From NCBI GenBank assembly GCA_903860135.1, contig CAIOPG010000004.1:272648-336647 (forward strand): DNA of 64,000 nt, in the 5' to 3' direction. Below the pieces are notes generated by a model. The model searched no databases. It was not told where the DNA came from and saw only the letters and a program-made list of their open reading frames with translations. Positions 1-9,704 of the stretch are shown here, in pieces. The stretch comes from Candidatus Omnitrophota bacterium (GTDB lineage: Bacteria > Omnitrophota > Gorgyraeia > Zapsychrales > Fredricksoniimonadaceae). The position numbers and the translations under genes are program-made. Each line of letters begins with the position of its first letter. Position 1 is the stretch's first letter.

Positions 1-951
1 GCCGGTAGCCTTCTGTTCAAAATCCGCCCGCGTCATCGTGTCTGGCTTGCCGACATCGATGACCTGCACCACATCAGCGTCAACGCCGGTAACCGTCACA
101 AAGTGTTCGCCCGCGAGGCTTGCGATAAATGGCGCGTTCAGCTTGAGCACATCGGCCTGTTTTAATTTAGCCGCGCTGAAATCCAGATCAAACGCTTCGG
201 CCACCCGTGAAAGGGCAAACAATGACGTTTTCAGCGTTTTATCACCTGGCTTAACAATGCCGCTGATCAAGTCAACCGTTAAGGTCATGACGGAAACTTC
301 TTCGGGCGTTTTCTGAATACCTTTAGCCACCAGAATATCGCCCAACGCATAAACACCGCAATTCAAATGATGCAATGCCGGATCAGCCAGCCAGGTGACA
401 ATGGCTTGTGTATCGGCGGCCGTAAAATTAACACGCGCATCAACGCTGAGCGTATGCTCCGGATGATTGAATGTAAAAAACGCATTCTTCTTGCCATCAT
501 CAAGTTTAAGATCGATGCGGCTCGAAGGCTTGCCAACCACCTGCGACAAGAGGTGTTGCATGCCGCCCGAGATCTGCATCGCCGTTTGTTCTGCCGGAGA
601 CAGTGTCGGCATCATTTCGATGTTGGGGGCTTTGGATCCGTAAAGAACCGCAGGATTGTAATTGAAAGCCCAGCTGATCTGATCAGGGATAAAAACGCAG
701 ATGATCAAAATGGCTATACCACGGATCCAGCCATTGAACCGGCTGGCAAACTGCCCCTCATAAAAATACACACCATTTGAGATTACAGCCGCGGCGGCGT
801 AATCTTCAAGCGATGCTTTAATTTTTAATGCTGTTTCTTGGGATTGGGAAGACGTTATGGTTTCGGAGCTGGGAGACAGGGCGATAGAAGGACTCTTATA
901 TATAAGAGTAGTAAAGAACTTTATTATATGTCCTTTAATCTTCTGTAGCAT
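1..951 (-). CDS. 5' part of a large secreted/membrane-anchored protein with a peptidase C39-like domain (runs off the left edge of the window)
   Basis: Translated by hand; not in the ORF track. Open frame from ATG 951 (GAGG RBS) to base 1. Hydrophobic segment WIRGIAILIICVFIPDQISWA, then LNCGVYAL...TSLFALSRVAEAF...APFIASLAGEHFVTVTGVD...VQVIDVG...RADFEQKATG, which matches the C39 Cys-His-Asp pattern. Confidence 0.8.
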   Translation of the reverse strand, partial: MLQKIKGHIIKFFTTLIYKSPSIALSPSSETITSSQSQETALKIKASLEDYAAAAVISNGVYFYEGQFASRFNGWIRGIAILIICVFIPDQISWAFNYNPAVLYGSKAPNIEMMPTLSPAEQTAMQISGGMQHLLSQVVGKPSSRIDLKLDDGKKNAFFTFNHPEHTLSVDARVNFTAADTQAIVTWLADPALHHLNCGVYALGDILVAKGIQKTPEEVSVMTLTVDLISGIVKPGDKTLKTSLFALSRVAEAFDLDFSAAKLKQADVLKLNAPFIASLAGEHFVTVTGVDADVVQVIDVGKPDTMTRADFEQKATG

Positions 952-1007
952 CTTAGCCTCGGTTGCCATTCATGCACAATGCCTAAAAGCAATTCAACGA
1001 CTTAGGA

Positions 1008-1035
1008 AGTATAGCACAGAAAATTCGTCAAGCAA
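1008..1035 (-). promoter_or_regulatory. putative sigma70 promoter for the C39-domain gene
   Basis: Minus strand TTGCTT-16 nt-TATACT with an extended -10 TG and an AT-rich upstream tract. Confidence 0.45.
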
Positions 1036-1207
1036 ATTTTTAGATTTATTTTTACTTTTTTAAATGCTTTGTTATCAACACGTTACAGCTTTGTTTGAAT
1101 TTTTTATCTATTTATTTTATAATTTAAAATTTTTCTTTTGTATTGCCACCGTCGGATGGGAAGTCTGGACATTTAATGGCGTTCATCGGATTAACGTTCT
1201 TGTCTTC

Positions 1208-1240
1208 GTAAATGTCCAAGCTGTCCGTTTGGACATTTAC
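1208..1240. repeat. 12-bp inverted repeat at the tadC stop (possible terminator or operator)
   Basis: GTAAATGTCCAA-9 nt-TTGGACATTTAC; no clear U-tract. Confidence 0.55.
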
Positions 1241-2154
1241 TAGCCACCGGTTAAATTCTTTAAAGGATTGTTATACATGAAATCCAAAAAGATAGGCGCG
1301 CCGACCAGGATGCCAACAACCGGAAAAATACAAAACAAAAGGGGCAGTAACATCTTTAAAGGCGCCTTGAGTGCCATGGCCTCACCCCGGCGATAGCGTG
1401 CAATGCGCATATCTTCAGAAAGGATATTGAGCGCCTCACTGACCGAAGTACCCATCTTGTCGGCCTGGATCAAGGTGCGCGAAAAAGTTGAAAGATCCGG
1501 GATCTCATACCTTTTTGCCAGATCACGCAGGGCGTCCCGGCGCGGTTTGCCGACATTTATTTCCTGAAGGACGTTATTCATTTCACTGATAAGGTGGGAC
1601 TGATTTGACTTCTCGACCACCCACTTGAGTGCCATCATAAAGTCAAGCCCTGCGTTAACACAAAGGCCGAGAAGATCGACCGTATCCGGCAATTGTTTGA
1701 TCACACTTTCTTTAACAGCTGCGATCTTACTGCGCAACCAGAATTCCGGAAGATAATAAGCTGCCGCCACGGAAAATACGATCCCCATGGGAAGCATTTC
1801 TTTTCCAATGAACGTAAGGGTTACGAAAACAAAGAACGCGCATACCAGTTCCTTGATCAAGAGAAATTCTTCGGGAGAAATGCCCGTAAAAGATACCGCA
1901 ATGCCCCGCATCATCTGCCGGCGCATTTCCTGGCTGATCAGGGGTTTGTTGAGGATCGCCAACCAACGGAAAATTGAGAAAATCGTTACCTGGCGTGAAG
2001 CCTTCTTCTGGGCTTGTGCCGACGATATAACCCCGAAATCATGAACTTTCAAGGTCGGCCTAGGTGTCAGGATATGCATACTAAAGCCAAATACCACCAG
2101 CATCCCCACCGCCACAAACAAAAAGAGAGCCGTCACCAGCATTAAAGCCTCCAT
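1240..2154 (-). CDS. tadC: Tad pilus inner-membrane platform protein TadC (T2SSF family)
   Basis: LPDTVDLLGLCVNAGLDF...QADKMGTSVSEAL...KAPLKMLLPL motifs; follows tadB. Confidence 0.9.
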   Translation of the reverse strand: MEALMLVTALFLFVAVGMLVVFGFSMHILTPRPTLKVHDFGVISSAQAQKKASRQVTIFSIFRWLAILNKPLISQEMRRQMMRGIAVSFTGISPEEFLLIKELVCAFFVFVTLTFIGKEMLPMGIVFSVAAAYYLPEFWLRSKIAAVKESVIKQLPDTVDLLGLCVNAGLDFMMALKWVVEKSNQSHLISEMNNVLQEINVGKPRRDALRDLAKRYEIPDLSTFSRTLIQADKMGTSVSEALNILSEDMRIARYRRGEAMALKAPLKMLLPLLFCIFPVVGILVGAPIFLDFMYNNPLKNLTGG

Positions 2155-2163
2155 AATCCTGGG

Positions 2164-3021
2164 TTAATCATTAAATGAGCTGATCTTGATGATCAGGAAT
2201 GTGCCTACCAGCCAAAGTCCGAGCGCCGTCATGGTCAACATGCGCCCGAGATCCGTGGTCATCATGACATTAAAATATTTAGGGTTTGTCGAGTTAACGA
2301 GAAAAAAGAACCCCACAGGAAGCCCGCTCATAACAAGGGCCTGCAGTTTCCCTTGAACCGTCAATACCATCAGATTTTCTTCGATCTTGCGGCGCTCGCG
2401 GATCGTTCCCACAATGCGCGAAAAGATCAACGGTAAATTACCGCCCGTTTCACGCGAAAGCAGGATGGCGCTGATCATTTGCTGTAACGGCGGTGACAGC
2501 ATGCGCTTGTACAAGCGATTTAACGCCTCGTCGAGCGACACGCCCATCTTGTTTTCACCGAGCACAATGCCAAACTCATGATGGATCGGATTGGGCATTT
2601 CCTCAAAGACAGCCTCCATCGACTGGACCAGGCTCATGCCGCCGCGCAAGGAGCTAGACATGATCATCAAGGCATCGATGAGCTGTCCATCAAATTGACC
2701 CTTGCGTTGCTTCATCAAATGAGAGGCGTAAAACTTTGGCAGGGCCAATCCCAATAATCCACCCCCAAAAATGCCTGCCATACGAAAATTAGGATCTGGC
2801 ATGAGAAAAAACCCAATCGCCGCACCGGCAAAAGGCGCGATCACGAAAGCTTTCTGAACATTCTGTATATCCTCCGCGATCATCGAACGATCCATGCGCC
2901 GCGCAAAGTCTTTAGCGCGTTTTTTATTCATCTCATGAGCCCAGCGCACCGCCGCTGGAATTACAAAATATACGGTTAAAAGAACAGCTACAAAAACAAG
3001 AATAAAACTAACAGCCAGCAT
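2164..3021 (-). CDS. tadB: Tad pilus inner-membrane platform protein TadB (T2SSF family)
   Basis: QLIDALMIMSSSLRGGMSL, ETGGNL motifs; start moved to ATG 3021 to avoid overlap with the upstream gene. Confidence 0.9.
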   Translation of the reverse strand: MLAVSFILVFVAVLLTVYFVIPAAVRWAHEMNKKRAKDFARRMDRSMIAEDIQNVQKAFVIAPFAGAAIGFFLMPDPNFRMAGIFGGGLLGLALPKFYASHLMKQRKGQFDGQLIDALMIMSSSLRGGMSLVQSMEAVFEEMPNPIHHEFGIVLGENKMGVSLDEALNRLYKRMLSPPLQQMISAILLSRETGGNLPLIFSRIVGTIRERRKIEENLMVLTVQGKLQALVMSGLPVGFFFLVNSTNPKYFNVMMTTDLGRMLTMTALGLWLVGTFLIIKISSFND

Positions 3022-3038
3022 AAACGTCTCTCTAGTTA

Positions 3039-3380
3039 TTAAGGTTGACCACTGCATGCTGCCTGACATGCCGTCCTTACATTGTCCGCACATGTATTAA
3101 ACTGGGTCGAACGCTTGCAGCCTGCCTTTAACAACTCATTATCAAAGCAAGCCTGGGAATACCATAGATGTAACATATCATCATACGCACAATCGATCGT
3201 CGCGCGCGGGCTATACTGCCGCAGGAACCCGATGGTTTCTCCAACCTTGCGGTATTGCCCCTGCAAGGCACGCTGAAGATAACCGCGAAAATAAACCATT
3301 ACCGTCAACACAATGACCATAAGGACAACATATTCCAACAAGCCGAAGGCTTTCTTAACACCTGATTGATCATGCCGCAT
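3039..3380 (-). CDS. minor pilin-like protein
   Basis: KKA/FGLLEY leader, hydrophobic helix, YLQRALQG; Cys-rich C-terminus. Confidence 0.75.
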   Translation of the reverse strand: MRHDQSGVKKAFGLLEYVVLMVIVLTVMVYFRGYLQRALQGQYRKVGETIGFLRQYSPRATIDCAYDDMLHLWYSQACFDNELLKAGCKRSTQFNTCADNVRTACQAACSGQP

Positions 3381-3421
3381 GAGCGTCTCCGGTCATTATA
3401 AATCCCCGCCCGATACCATGG

Positions 3422-6211
3422 TTAAGAGCAACATTGAGAACATTTACGGAAAGCCATCTTGTATTTATTGTTTTCAATATAATATCGCGCACATGTTTCT
3501 GTCGCAACGCCCAGCCTCAACAAAGAATTGATATTATCCACGCACGTCACCCGCGTCGGAGCCTTTTGCGGATTCAACATGAACGCTTCGTTAAGGTGTT
3601 CCCCGGCCGGGATCGTGCCCGTTGGCTTGGTCTGCGGCAGGACACAGTTTGTCCACACCTGCGCGGCGGTGGCCGCGGTCTTGGGATTCCCGTGCGGATT
3701 ATGATAAAGGATCCGCCACAAAGAAAGGCCGCTCAGGAATTTTAGAAAACCATTCTCATTAAGATCATGATCTTCGTCATAACGCACCACCCGCAAACCA
3801 ACGCAACCCGAGGTATCTGTCAGCTCATAACACCGCGTAGAACCCAAGAAGCCCGTGGTATATGTTCTGATCCAAGGGAATCTATCCGTGCATGTGTTGA
3901 AACCAGCGGCACCGGTACTGCGGTTGGGTATGGCGGCTTCCACCTTGACAAGGTGCAAATAGCCATACCCGCGCGAGCCACTCCAGTCATCAGGCCGCGG
4001 AGAGAACCAGCCGTAAACAACCTGGTTGCCAAGACCACCGGCCTTTACCGCCGCATCCACAGCCAACACCAACTGCCTAAGCGTACCGGGAGCTGTGTTT
4101 AAATAAGCCAAGGCATTCTGCATAATAACCTTAGCGGCCTGGGCCTTTGTATTCATATCCTGCAAATACCGTTTGCGTGCGGCTATTTTTGCCACCTGAT
4201 TCATCGACAAATACGCACTTTCTTGTATATTTGCCAAATAACTGCTCGAGGCTGGCGAACATACCGCACCGGCACACACCGGCCTTCCGGGATCGGTGTT
4301 GGCATTGAACCCCGTCACCAAAGAACGCGGCATATTATTACAGGCGGTTGTAGGACACGACGGTGTCGCAACGGTGCAACCCGCACAAAGAACCTCGCAG
4401 GCATTAAAGGCGGTTGTTGCCCCCTCGTTGTATTCCAGGCATTTGATCACGCCGCCCAAGGACCCCCATGGCCCTCCTGTCAATATAGCATTGGCCTCTA
4501 TCGGCATAAGCCCCACTTGACTTGCCGGCACACACCAGCTTTGACTGTTGGCATACGGCCCCGCCTGCCAGGTATTGATCAACTGTATCCAACGTGCCAG
4601 ACGTGCCTGCCATAACACCATGGTATCGGCTGTCTGCAACACCGTTTCTTTCCAGGCACCTACCGAACTTAATATTGCTTTTTGCTTTGCGGCATCGGTC
4701 GTCAGCAAGCCTTCAAACGTAGCTTTAAAATAATCCGCCTCGATCGCAAAGGCGTCAAAAGCATCGTTCCTCCACAAATTTTTATGATCAGCGGCTGAAC
4801 AATTACAACCGTTCACAAGTGCCGCCGCCGTTTGGCCGGCTTCCTGACAAGCGGCCACGGCTGTGCCCGAGCTACCCGATTCCATCTTCACCGGATAAAT
4901 TTTTCCGGCTGTATCGGCGAACGTAGCCGAACCAAAATCTGCCCCTTTTTTCCAAACAAAATTTGTTGTCGCGTCAACGGCAGGGTCAACAGGACAGGCT
5001 GTGTCGGCAAGTGGCCGAAAAGCTGTTATATCCGCAACCGTATCGATGACACGCGTATCCAGGCTTGACGGTAAACTGCTTCGGTTACCAAAAACATGCG
5101 CACAACAACCGTTGCCCGTACACGGCTTGGGCAAAACCAGCTGATCATAGGCAACGGTCCCCGATGGACGATAAAGCAAGGGAGACGCCGTTTCCGGCGC
5201 ACACGTTCCAACAGCCGTTGCCGAACACCAATGACAACCGGGGCTGGTTGTTGCCAGACTGCTGTAAGAAAGGCTGGCCAATGCTGGCTGTGTATCCGCC
5301 AGAAGCCATAAAAACTTGAACATATCCCCCTTGCTGTCTCCGCCACGATAAATGCCCAGAGTATCTACCGCTTCGGAACCATAACTGGTGATATACCGCC
5401 GCGTATCCCCGTCATCAGCCTCGAGCACACCCATCAAGTTATTCCCTGGCGTCACTATGCCCAATCTGTCTTCAAAATCTTGCAAAAAGGCACGCAAGGC
5501 CTGAACCGATGCCACCGACACAGGCGCGATGCTTTTCATCCGTTCATTATAAAAATAAGCAAATCTGGGCACTTCTTCTCCGGGAATGCCTTTGTTAGTT
5601 AAAGCATCCGGATTATACCAACGTCCATCCATATCAAGATCCCAGCGATCATTCACCATCACGCCATCGCTCTGAACCGTACTCAAAGCCCCTTTAAGCC
5701 CGGCTTCAAGGTATTGATCTTCAACGGCCGGCATCGCCATCGCCGATTTATTCCAGGCCTTGGTCAGCCCAGGATCGCTGATACCCACCTGCAGTCCGAT
5801 CCCCACAGCCGTTAACACCGCCGCTGTTGCCGCGGCGGCAAAAACATTTCCGGCCAGCAAGGCACTAAAAAACGAACTGCCATTCAAAGAGGCTATCCCG
5901 CAACCCGGAACAAACACCATGATAGCAACAAGAAGAATTAGCGTAAGCAGGGAAGCAAAAAGCCCGGTGTATTGACACAGCTTAACGTTACCATCGAGCT
6001 GTGTCCCCATGATTTGACTTTGTCCATAGCTGGCCATCAACGACACCAGTGTCGATGCCCCGGTATTGGAAGAAATCGTGACCGCCGTCTTTATGGCTGT
6101 CATCCTGGACCAGTTCAGAGAAGCGGCATAAAGGATGAGGGCTACCGCTATCAGAACCATGATGATGAGGGACATTTGCCCTTTACGGCCTACTGGCATA
6201 ACCATCCTCAT
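3422..6211 (-). CDS. large Cys-rich TadG-like pilin / putative pilus tip adhesin
   Basis: RKG/QMSLII prepilin-like N-terminus, TadG-like helix, about 30 Cys, WDLDMDG motif; position in the tad locus. Confidence 0.65.
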   Translation of the reverse strand: MRMVMPVGRKGQMSLIIMVLIAVALILYAASLNWSRMTAIKTAVTISSNTGASTLVSLMASYGQSQIMGTQLDGNVKLCQYTGLFASLLTLILLVAIMVFVPGCGIASLNGSSFFSALLAGNVFAAAATAAVLTAVGIGLQVGISDPGLTKAWNKSAMAMPAVEDQYLEAGLKGALSTVQSDGVMVNDRWDLDMDGRWYNPDALTNKGIPGEEVPRFAYFYNERMKSIAPVSVASVQALRAFLQDFEDRLGIVTPGNNLMGVLEADDGDTRRYITSYGSEAVDTLGIYRGGDSKGDMFKFLWLLADTQPALASLSYSSLATTSPGCHWCSATAVGTCAPETASPLLYRPSGTVAYDQLVLPKPCTGNGCCAHVFGNRSSLPSSLDTRVIDTVADITAFRPLADTACPVDPAVDATTNFVWKKGADFGSATFADTAGKIYPVKMESGSSGTAVAACQEAGQTAAALVNGCNCSAADHKNLWRNDAFDAFAIEADYFKATFEGLLTTDAAKQKAILSSVGAWKETVLQTADTMVLWQARLARWIQLINTWQAGPYANSQSWCVPASQVGLMPIEANAILTGGPWGSLGGVIKCLEYNEGATTAFNACEVLCAGCTVATPSCPTTACNNMPRSLVTGFNANTDPGRPVCAGAVCSPASSSYLANIQESAYLSMNQVAKIAARKRYLQDMNTKAQAAKVIMQNALAYLNTAPGTLRQLVLAVDAAVKAGGLGNQVVYGWFSPRPDDWSGSRGYGYLHLVKVEAAIPNRSTGAAGFNTCTDRFPWIRTYTTGFLGSTRCYELTDTSGCVGLRVVRYDEDHDLNENGFLKFLSGLSLWRILYHNPHGNPKTAATAAQVWTNCVLPQTKPTGTIPAGEHLNEAFMLNPQKAPTRVTCVDNINSLLRLGVATETCARYYIENNKYKMAFRKCSQCCS

Positions 6212-6227
6212 TTCATATTATGCGCGA

Positions 6228-6458
6228 CTATTTCATGGGCCGGACTTGATGAAAATCCGGGTTCAACTGTTGTTCCGTTGAGAGCGATGCGTTCCTTAAA
6301 ACCGCTTCATGATCAAACCGGCGCTCGGCCATATCCATCATGCCCCAGCGAAAAACACCGATCATGCCGTTAATGAGCAAACAGACGACGATCATTCCCG
6401 CCGTATATTCCAGGATAGCCTGCCCATCTTTCTGCTTGTTATGACTCTTTGACATCAT
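6228..6458 (-). CDS. TadE-like minor pilin
   Basis: KDG/QAILEY plus hydrophobic helix. Confidence 0.75.
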   Translation of the reverse strand: MMSKSHNKQKDGQAILEYTAGMIVVCLLINGMIGVFRWGMMDMAERRFDHEAVLRNASLSTEQQLNPDFHQVRPMK

Positions 6459-7912
6459 GGGGCTGACGTACTTTCATTCCAGGGTTCGTCCATGGCTGTT
6501 ACCCATTTCCGGCCGCGCTTGTCACTGATACGGCTTCGGATAAAAAGTCTCTTCATGGCCGTATCAAAACAGGTGCGCTGGATCATGGCCGTATCCATGC
6601 AACAACTGACACCCGTGGCGGCAGCCCCGCAGGAAGCCTCGACCGACACCGGATTCCTGCTCACAAACCCAGCCGGATCCATCATGTTCCAGTTCAATTG
6701 GTACTCACGTTCTATGACATCATTCTGATTTTTTCTAATTGTACTAACATTCAATGGTTGGCCACCCAATGAAAAATTTTTACCTTCTCGCACATCAAAA
6801 TAGGTTACTTCTCCCGCGGCGCATGTCGCTGTCGCCGTGGGAACACATTGTGTCTGCGAATAGATCCGCATATCGGGCCGCATCCCGGGCTTACGTTCAT
6901 CGGTCCCCGCAAAATCCGCCGCCGACTTGTTTGCGTCCAGATCACCTGCCGTTGTATCAATGACCGCAACCGTATACGCCACATAACCAGCACAGGCCGT
7001 GCCAGCCCACGTCAATGCATAAACGGTCTCTTCGGTGCGATCCCCGTTGACATCATAAGAGGGATACGCCCCATTGTCCGTATCGATTGAATCGGCAACC
7101 TCTTTCAGTGTTTTCCATGTCCATTGCCACGTCGGATCTCCAGCCGTCGTCATATCATCTGTATAAATACCATTGCGATCCAAATCAAACCGTCGCACAT
7201 CGTAAGCATTAAAATCCGTGTTGTTAGCCGTGATGGCCGTATAAAAAGGGGGCGTGGTACCTGTTGCTGTCGCTGTGCCGTAATGTGTCCATTCATAAAT
7301 CAACCGTTGCCGGGCAAGCTTGTTATTGTCTGAATTGATATTGACCACACCAGCACCCCCTGAACACATGCTGTCTCCGCTACCATCAGAAGGCAACAGC
7401 AAGATCGTCAGCTGATCTGCATTCGCCGCCGCCATGGTTGCGGGTGGCGCGGCCAACGCCGACTGTTGAAGTAGCATTTTGTATTTTACGAAAGCCCCCG
7501 TCGACATGTGAAATTCCTGACCATTGATCTTCATATCTACCATGGGAAGATTTTGATCTTCCTTCCAATCTACCGGTAACATAGCATTTTTATTCAGCAT
7601 CCCGGCCCCGGTCACCATGACCGGCTGACGATCAAGAAATCCGTATCTCCCAAAATCACCGGTCAGACGATCTTCAAAAAACACATACGATGCCTGCACC
7701 CGCGACGCCGTGTTACTTTCAGAAGAAAGATACGAACGGCTCAGGGCAATGCGCATGGCCTGCAATTGGGCATTCTGTTGAAAAGAACCGGAAAGAAAAT
7801 TCGTGGCAATACCTGTTATAATAAAAAAAAGCACAGCTCCGAAAATGGCCAATTCAATGATGGATTGCGCCAATGTCGAAGACAGTGCTTTCTTCCTTTG
7901 ATTCTTCATCAT
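6455..7912 (-). CDS. large TadE/TadF-like pseudopilin with putative Ca-binding loops
   Basis: LA/QSIIELAIFG leader; DLDRNG and DVNGD motifs; several Cys. Confidence 0.7.
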   Translation of the reverse strand: MMKNQRKKALSSTLAQSIIELAIFGAVLFFIITGIATNFLSGSFQQNAQLQAMRIALSRSYLSSESNTASRVQASYVFFEDRLTGDFGRYGFLDRQPVMVTGAGMLNKNAMLPVDWKEDQNLPMVDMKINGQEFHMSTGAFVKYKMLLQQSALAAPPATMAAANADQLTILLLPSDGSGDSMCSGGAGVVNINSDNNKLARQRLIYEWTHYGTATATGTTPPFYTAITANNTDFNAYDVRRFDLDRNGIYTDDMTTAGDPTWQWTWKTLKEVADSIDTDNGAYPSYDVNGDRTEETVYALTWAGTACAGYVAYTVAVIDTTAGDLDANKSAADFAGTDERKPGMRPDMRIYSQTQCVPTATATCAAGEVTYFDVREGKNFSLGGQPLNVSTIRKNQNDVIEREYQLNWNMMDPAGFVSRNPVSVEASCGAAATGVSCCMDTAMIQRTCFDTAMKRLFIRSRISDKRGRKWVTAMDEPWNESTSAP

Positions 7913-8236
7913 TTATGGTCCCGTAGGCGACATTGTTGAAGAAACTGTCTTGGCTTCCGTGCTCGTTGAATCATCCACCCTGTACGTGATCGAACCATTG
8001 ACTCCGGATGCTGTCGCCGGAATAACATAAAGGCGTGACTGAGAGGTTGTGCTTAAGGCATAATGTGTTTGTCCGGTCAGCGCATTGGCATCATACTGAT
8101 CGCCCAGATCATCCACCGACTGTTTCATGCGCCCTTGAAACCCGCGCTTGATGTAGGCCTGCATGGTCAAGAAAGCGGCGATGATAATCATGAGCAATAG
8201 CGAGTATTCCAGAAAACTTTGGGCTTTTCTCATCAT
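7913..8236 (-). CDS. Flp/type IVb pilin-like protein
   Basis: RKA/QSFLEY, YIKRGFQGR, DDLGDQY. Confidence 0.85.
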   Translation of the reverse strand: MMRKAQSFLEYSLLLMIIIAAFLTMQAYIKRGFQGRMKQSVDDLGDQYDANALTGQTHYALSTTSQSRLYVIPATASGVNGSITYRVDDSTSTEAKTVSSTMSPTGP

Positions 8237-8237
8237 A

Positions 8238-8570
8238 TCAATCCAGGATAAATCCCATATTAGTCAAAGAATTTGTCATTGTCGTTACTTGCTCTTGCAC
8301 ATTGCGCACACTCCATCCGCCCGCATCATTGCGCACATTGTCAATCTGACTGCTTGTGACTGTATTTGATCCCTGCAAATAGGCATCACCCGTATTCATG
8401 TCCTGTTCCGCTCCTTTTTGATCACCGATCTGATCAGCCGCAGATTTCATCATGCTTTGCGTGGTGCGTTTGAGGCGGGGAAACATCGTCATAACGGCAG
8501 CCACAAGAATGGTGATCAGCAGAACATATTCCATCAATGACTGTGCCCGGCGTGACAACAACATATACAT
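8238..8570 (-). CDS. Flp/type IVb pilin-like protein
   Basis: RRA/QSLMEY, ADQIGDQ. Confidence 0.85.
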   Translation of the reverse strand: MYMLLSRRAQSLMEYVLLITILVAAVMTMFPRLKRTTQSMMKSAADQIGDQKGAEQDMNTGDAYLQGSNTVTSSQIDNVRNDAGGWSVRNVQEQVTTMTNSLTNMGFILD

Positions 8571-8586
8571 TACCTGTTGTATTAAA

Positions 8587-8925
8587 TTATTGTGGCGCTG
8601 CCTGACTGCTATTGGATACGATCAAACGCTGTGTGCTTGTGTCTTTTTGATACCCCGTAGCCACAGCTTTTTCAGTTGCCTTTGTGTCTGTGTCCGTCGT
8701 CGTTGTTGACGTGGTGTAATAAGGTTCATATTCAACCTGGACTGGTTTATAAAGAGCAAGCGCGGCCTTGGCAACCACGAGCGCATTAATATCAAAACTC
8801 CGGGCTTGCAAGGTGCGGCGAACATAGATTGACATGCCAATGAGCGCGCCAACAACCAAAAAAATCAAAATGACATACTCGGCACTGATACCCTGGGCTT
8901 TTGTACAACGTAACTTCCTTGACAT
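8587..8925 (-). CDS. Flp/type IVb pilin-like protein
   Basis: TKA/QGISAEY, YVRRTLQAR, EYEPYY; start moved to ATG 8925, downstream of the terminator hairpin. Confidence 0.8.
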   Translation of the reverse strand: MSRKLRCTKAQGISAEYVILIFLVVGALIGMSIYVRRTLQARSFDINALVVAKAALALYKPVQVEYEPYYTTSTTTTDTDTKATEKAVATGYQKDTSTQRLIVSNSSQAAPQ

Positions 8926-8944
8926 ACACCGCCCTCTGATGGGT

Positions 8945-8983
8945 AAAAAGCAGAAAGGGCTCCCCTGAGCCCTTTCTGCTTTT
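8945..8983 (-). terminator. intrinsic terminator inside the pilin array
   Basis: Perfect 17-bp inverted repeat (8946-8962 / 8967-8983) with a 4-nt loop, ending in a U-run on the minus strand. Confidence 0.8.
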
Positions 8984-8988
8984 GCCAA

Positions 8989-9303
8989 TCAATTACCCCA
9001 ATATTCACCATCCGTATTCGTTCCAATAGCACGAACGGTATTCTGGATCGTGTCATGTACCAACCCAGTCGTTGCAACACCGGAAGTGGAATTTTCCTGT
9101 GTTCGCGAATTGGTTGTCACAACCTTATAATAATTTGCAGCTGATGCTATAGAATATTGATCGCCTATATCATCTGTTGCGCTTTTCAAACGACCTGAAA
9201 TACCACGTTTGATATACGTTTGCAATGTTAAAAGTGCCGCAATGATGATAACCATCAAAATAGCATACTCGAGCACGCTTTGACCACGCTTTGTTTGCAA
9301 CAT
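8989..9303 (-). CDS. Flp/type IVb pilin-like protein
   Basis: KRG/QSVLEY, YIKRGISGR, DDIGDQY. Confidence 0.85.
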   Translation of the reverse strand: MLQTKRGQSVLEYAILMVIIIAALLTLQTYIKRGISGRLKSATDDIGDQYSIASAANYYKVVTTNSRTQENSTSGVATTGLVHDTIQNTVRAIGTNTDGEYWGN

Positions 9304-9321
9304 AATGCTTTGTCCTTTCTC

Positions 9322-9693
9322 TTAGAAACCGGCAGCTGTTTCAGCAGCAGCCAGACCTCCGCCAACGGCGTTTTTGTTATAGATTGACGTGTCAACGTAA
9401 CCAGCCGCAACTGTTGTGGCTACGCTTGTATCTGTTGCAATATTGGTGTTTTCAAACTTTGTTTTCTGTGAATCCTTTGTCTCACTCTTATTGGTATAAT
9501 ACGGTTCATACTGTAATGTTGTCCCGAGAGCATTTGTCTCATCACGGAACTTGACATTAACGTCGCGGATACGGCCTTGCAGGGTGCGCTGGGCATACAT
9601 TTGCATGGCAATAACACCGCCGATAACAAGTGCTATCAGGATGGCATATTCTGCTGTGTTTTGTGCTTTTTTATTTCTGAATCTTTTTAACAT
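9322..9693 (-). CDS. Flp/type IVb pilin-like protein
   Basis: KKA/QNTAEY, YAQRTLQGR, QYEPYY; AAGGAGG RBS before ATG 9693. Confidence 0.85.
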   Translation of the reverse strand: MLKRFRNKKAQNTAEYAILIALVIGGVIAMQMYAQRTLQGRIRDVNVKFRDETNALGTTLQYEPYYTNKSETKDSQKTKFENTNIATDTSVATTVAAGYVDTSIYNKNAVGGGLAAAETAAGF

Positions 9694-9704
9694 TGTAACC
9701 TCCT

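Noticed and set aside
38-780. Plus-strand ORFs 38-316 and 367-780
   Set aside because: They lie antisense to the continuous minus-strand frame that carries the C39 motifs.
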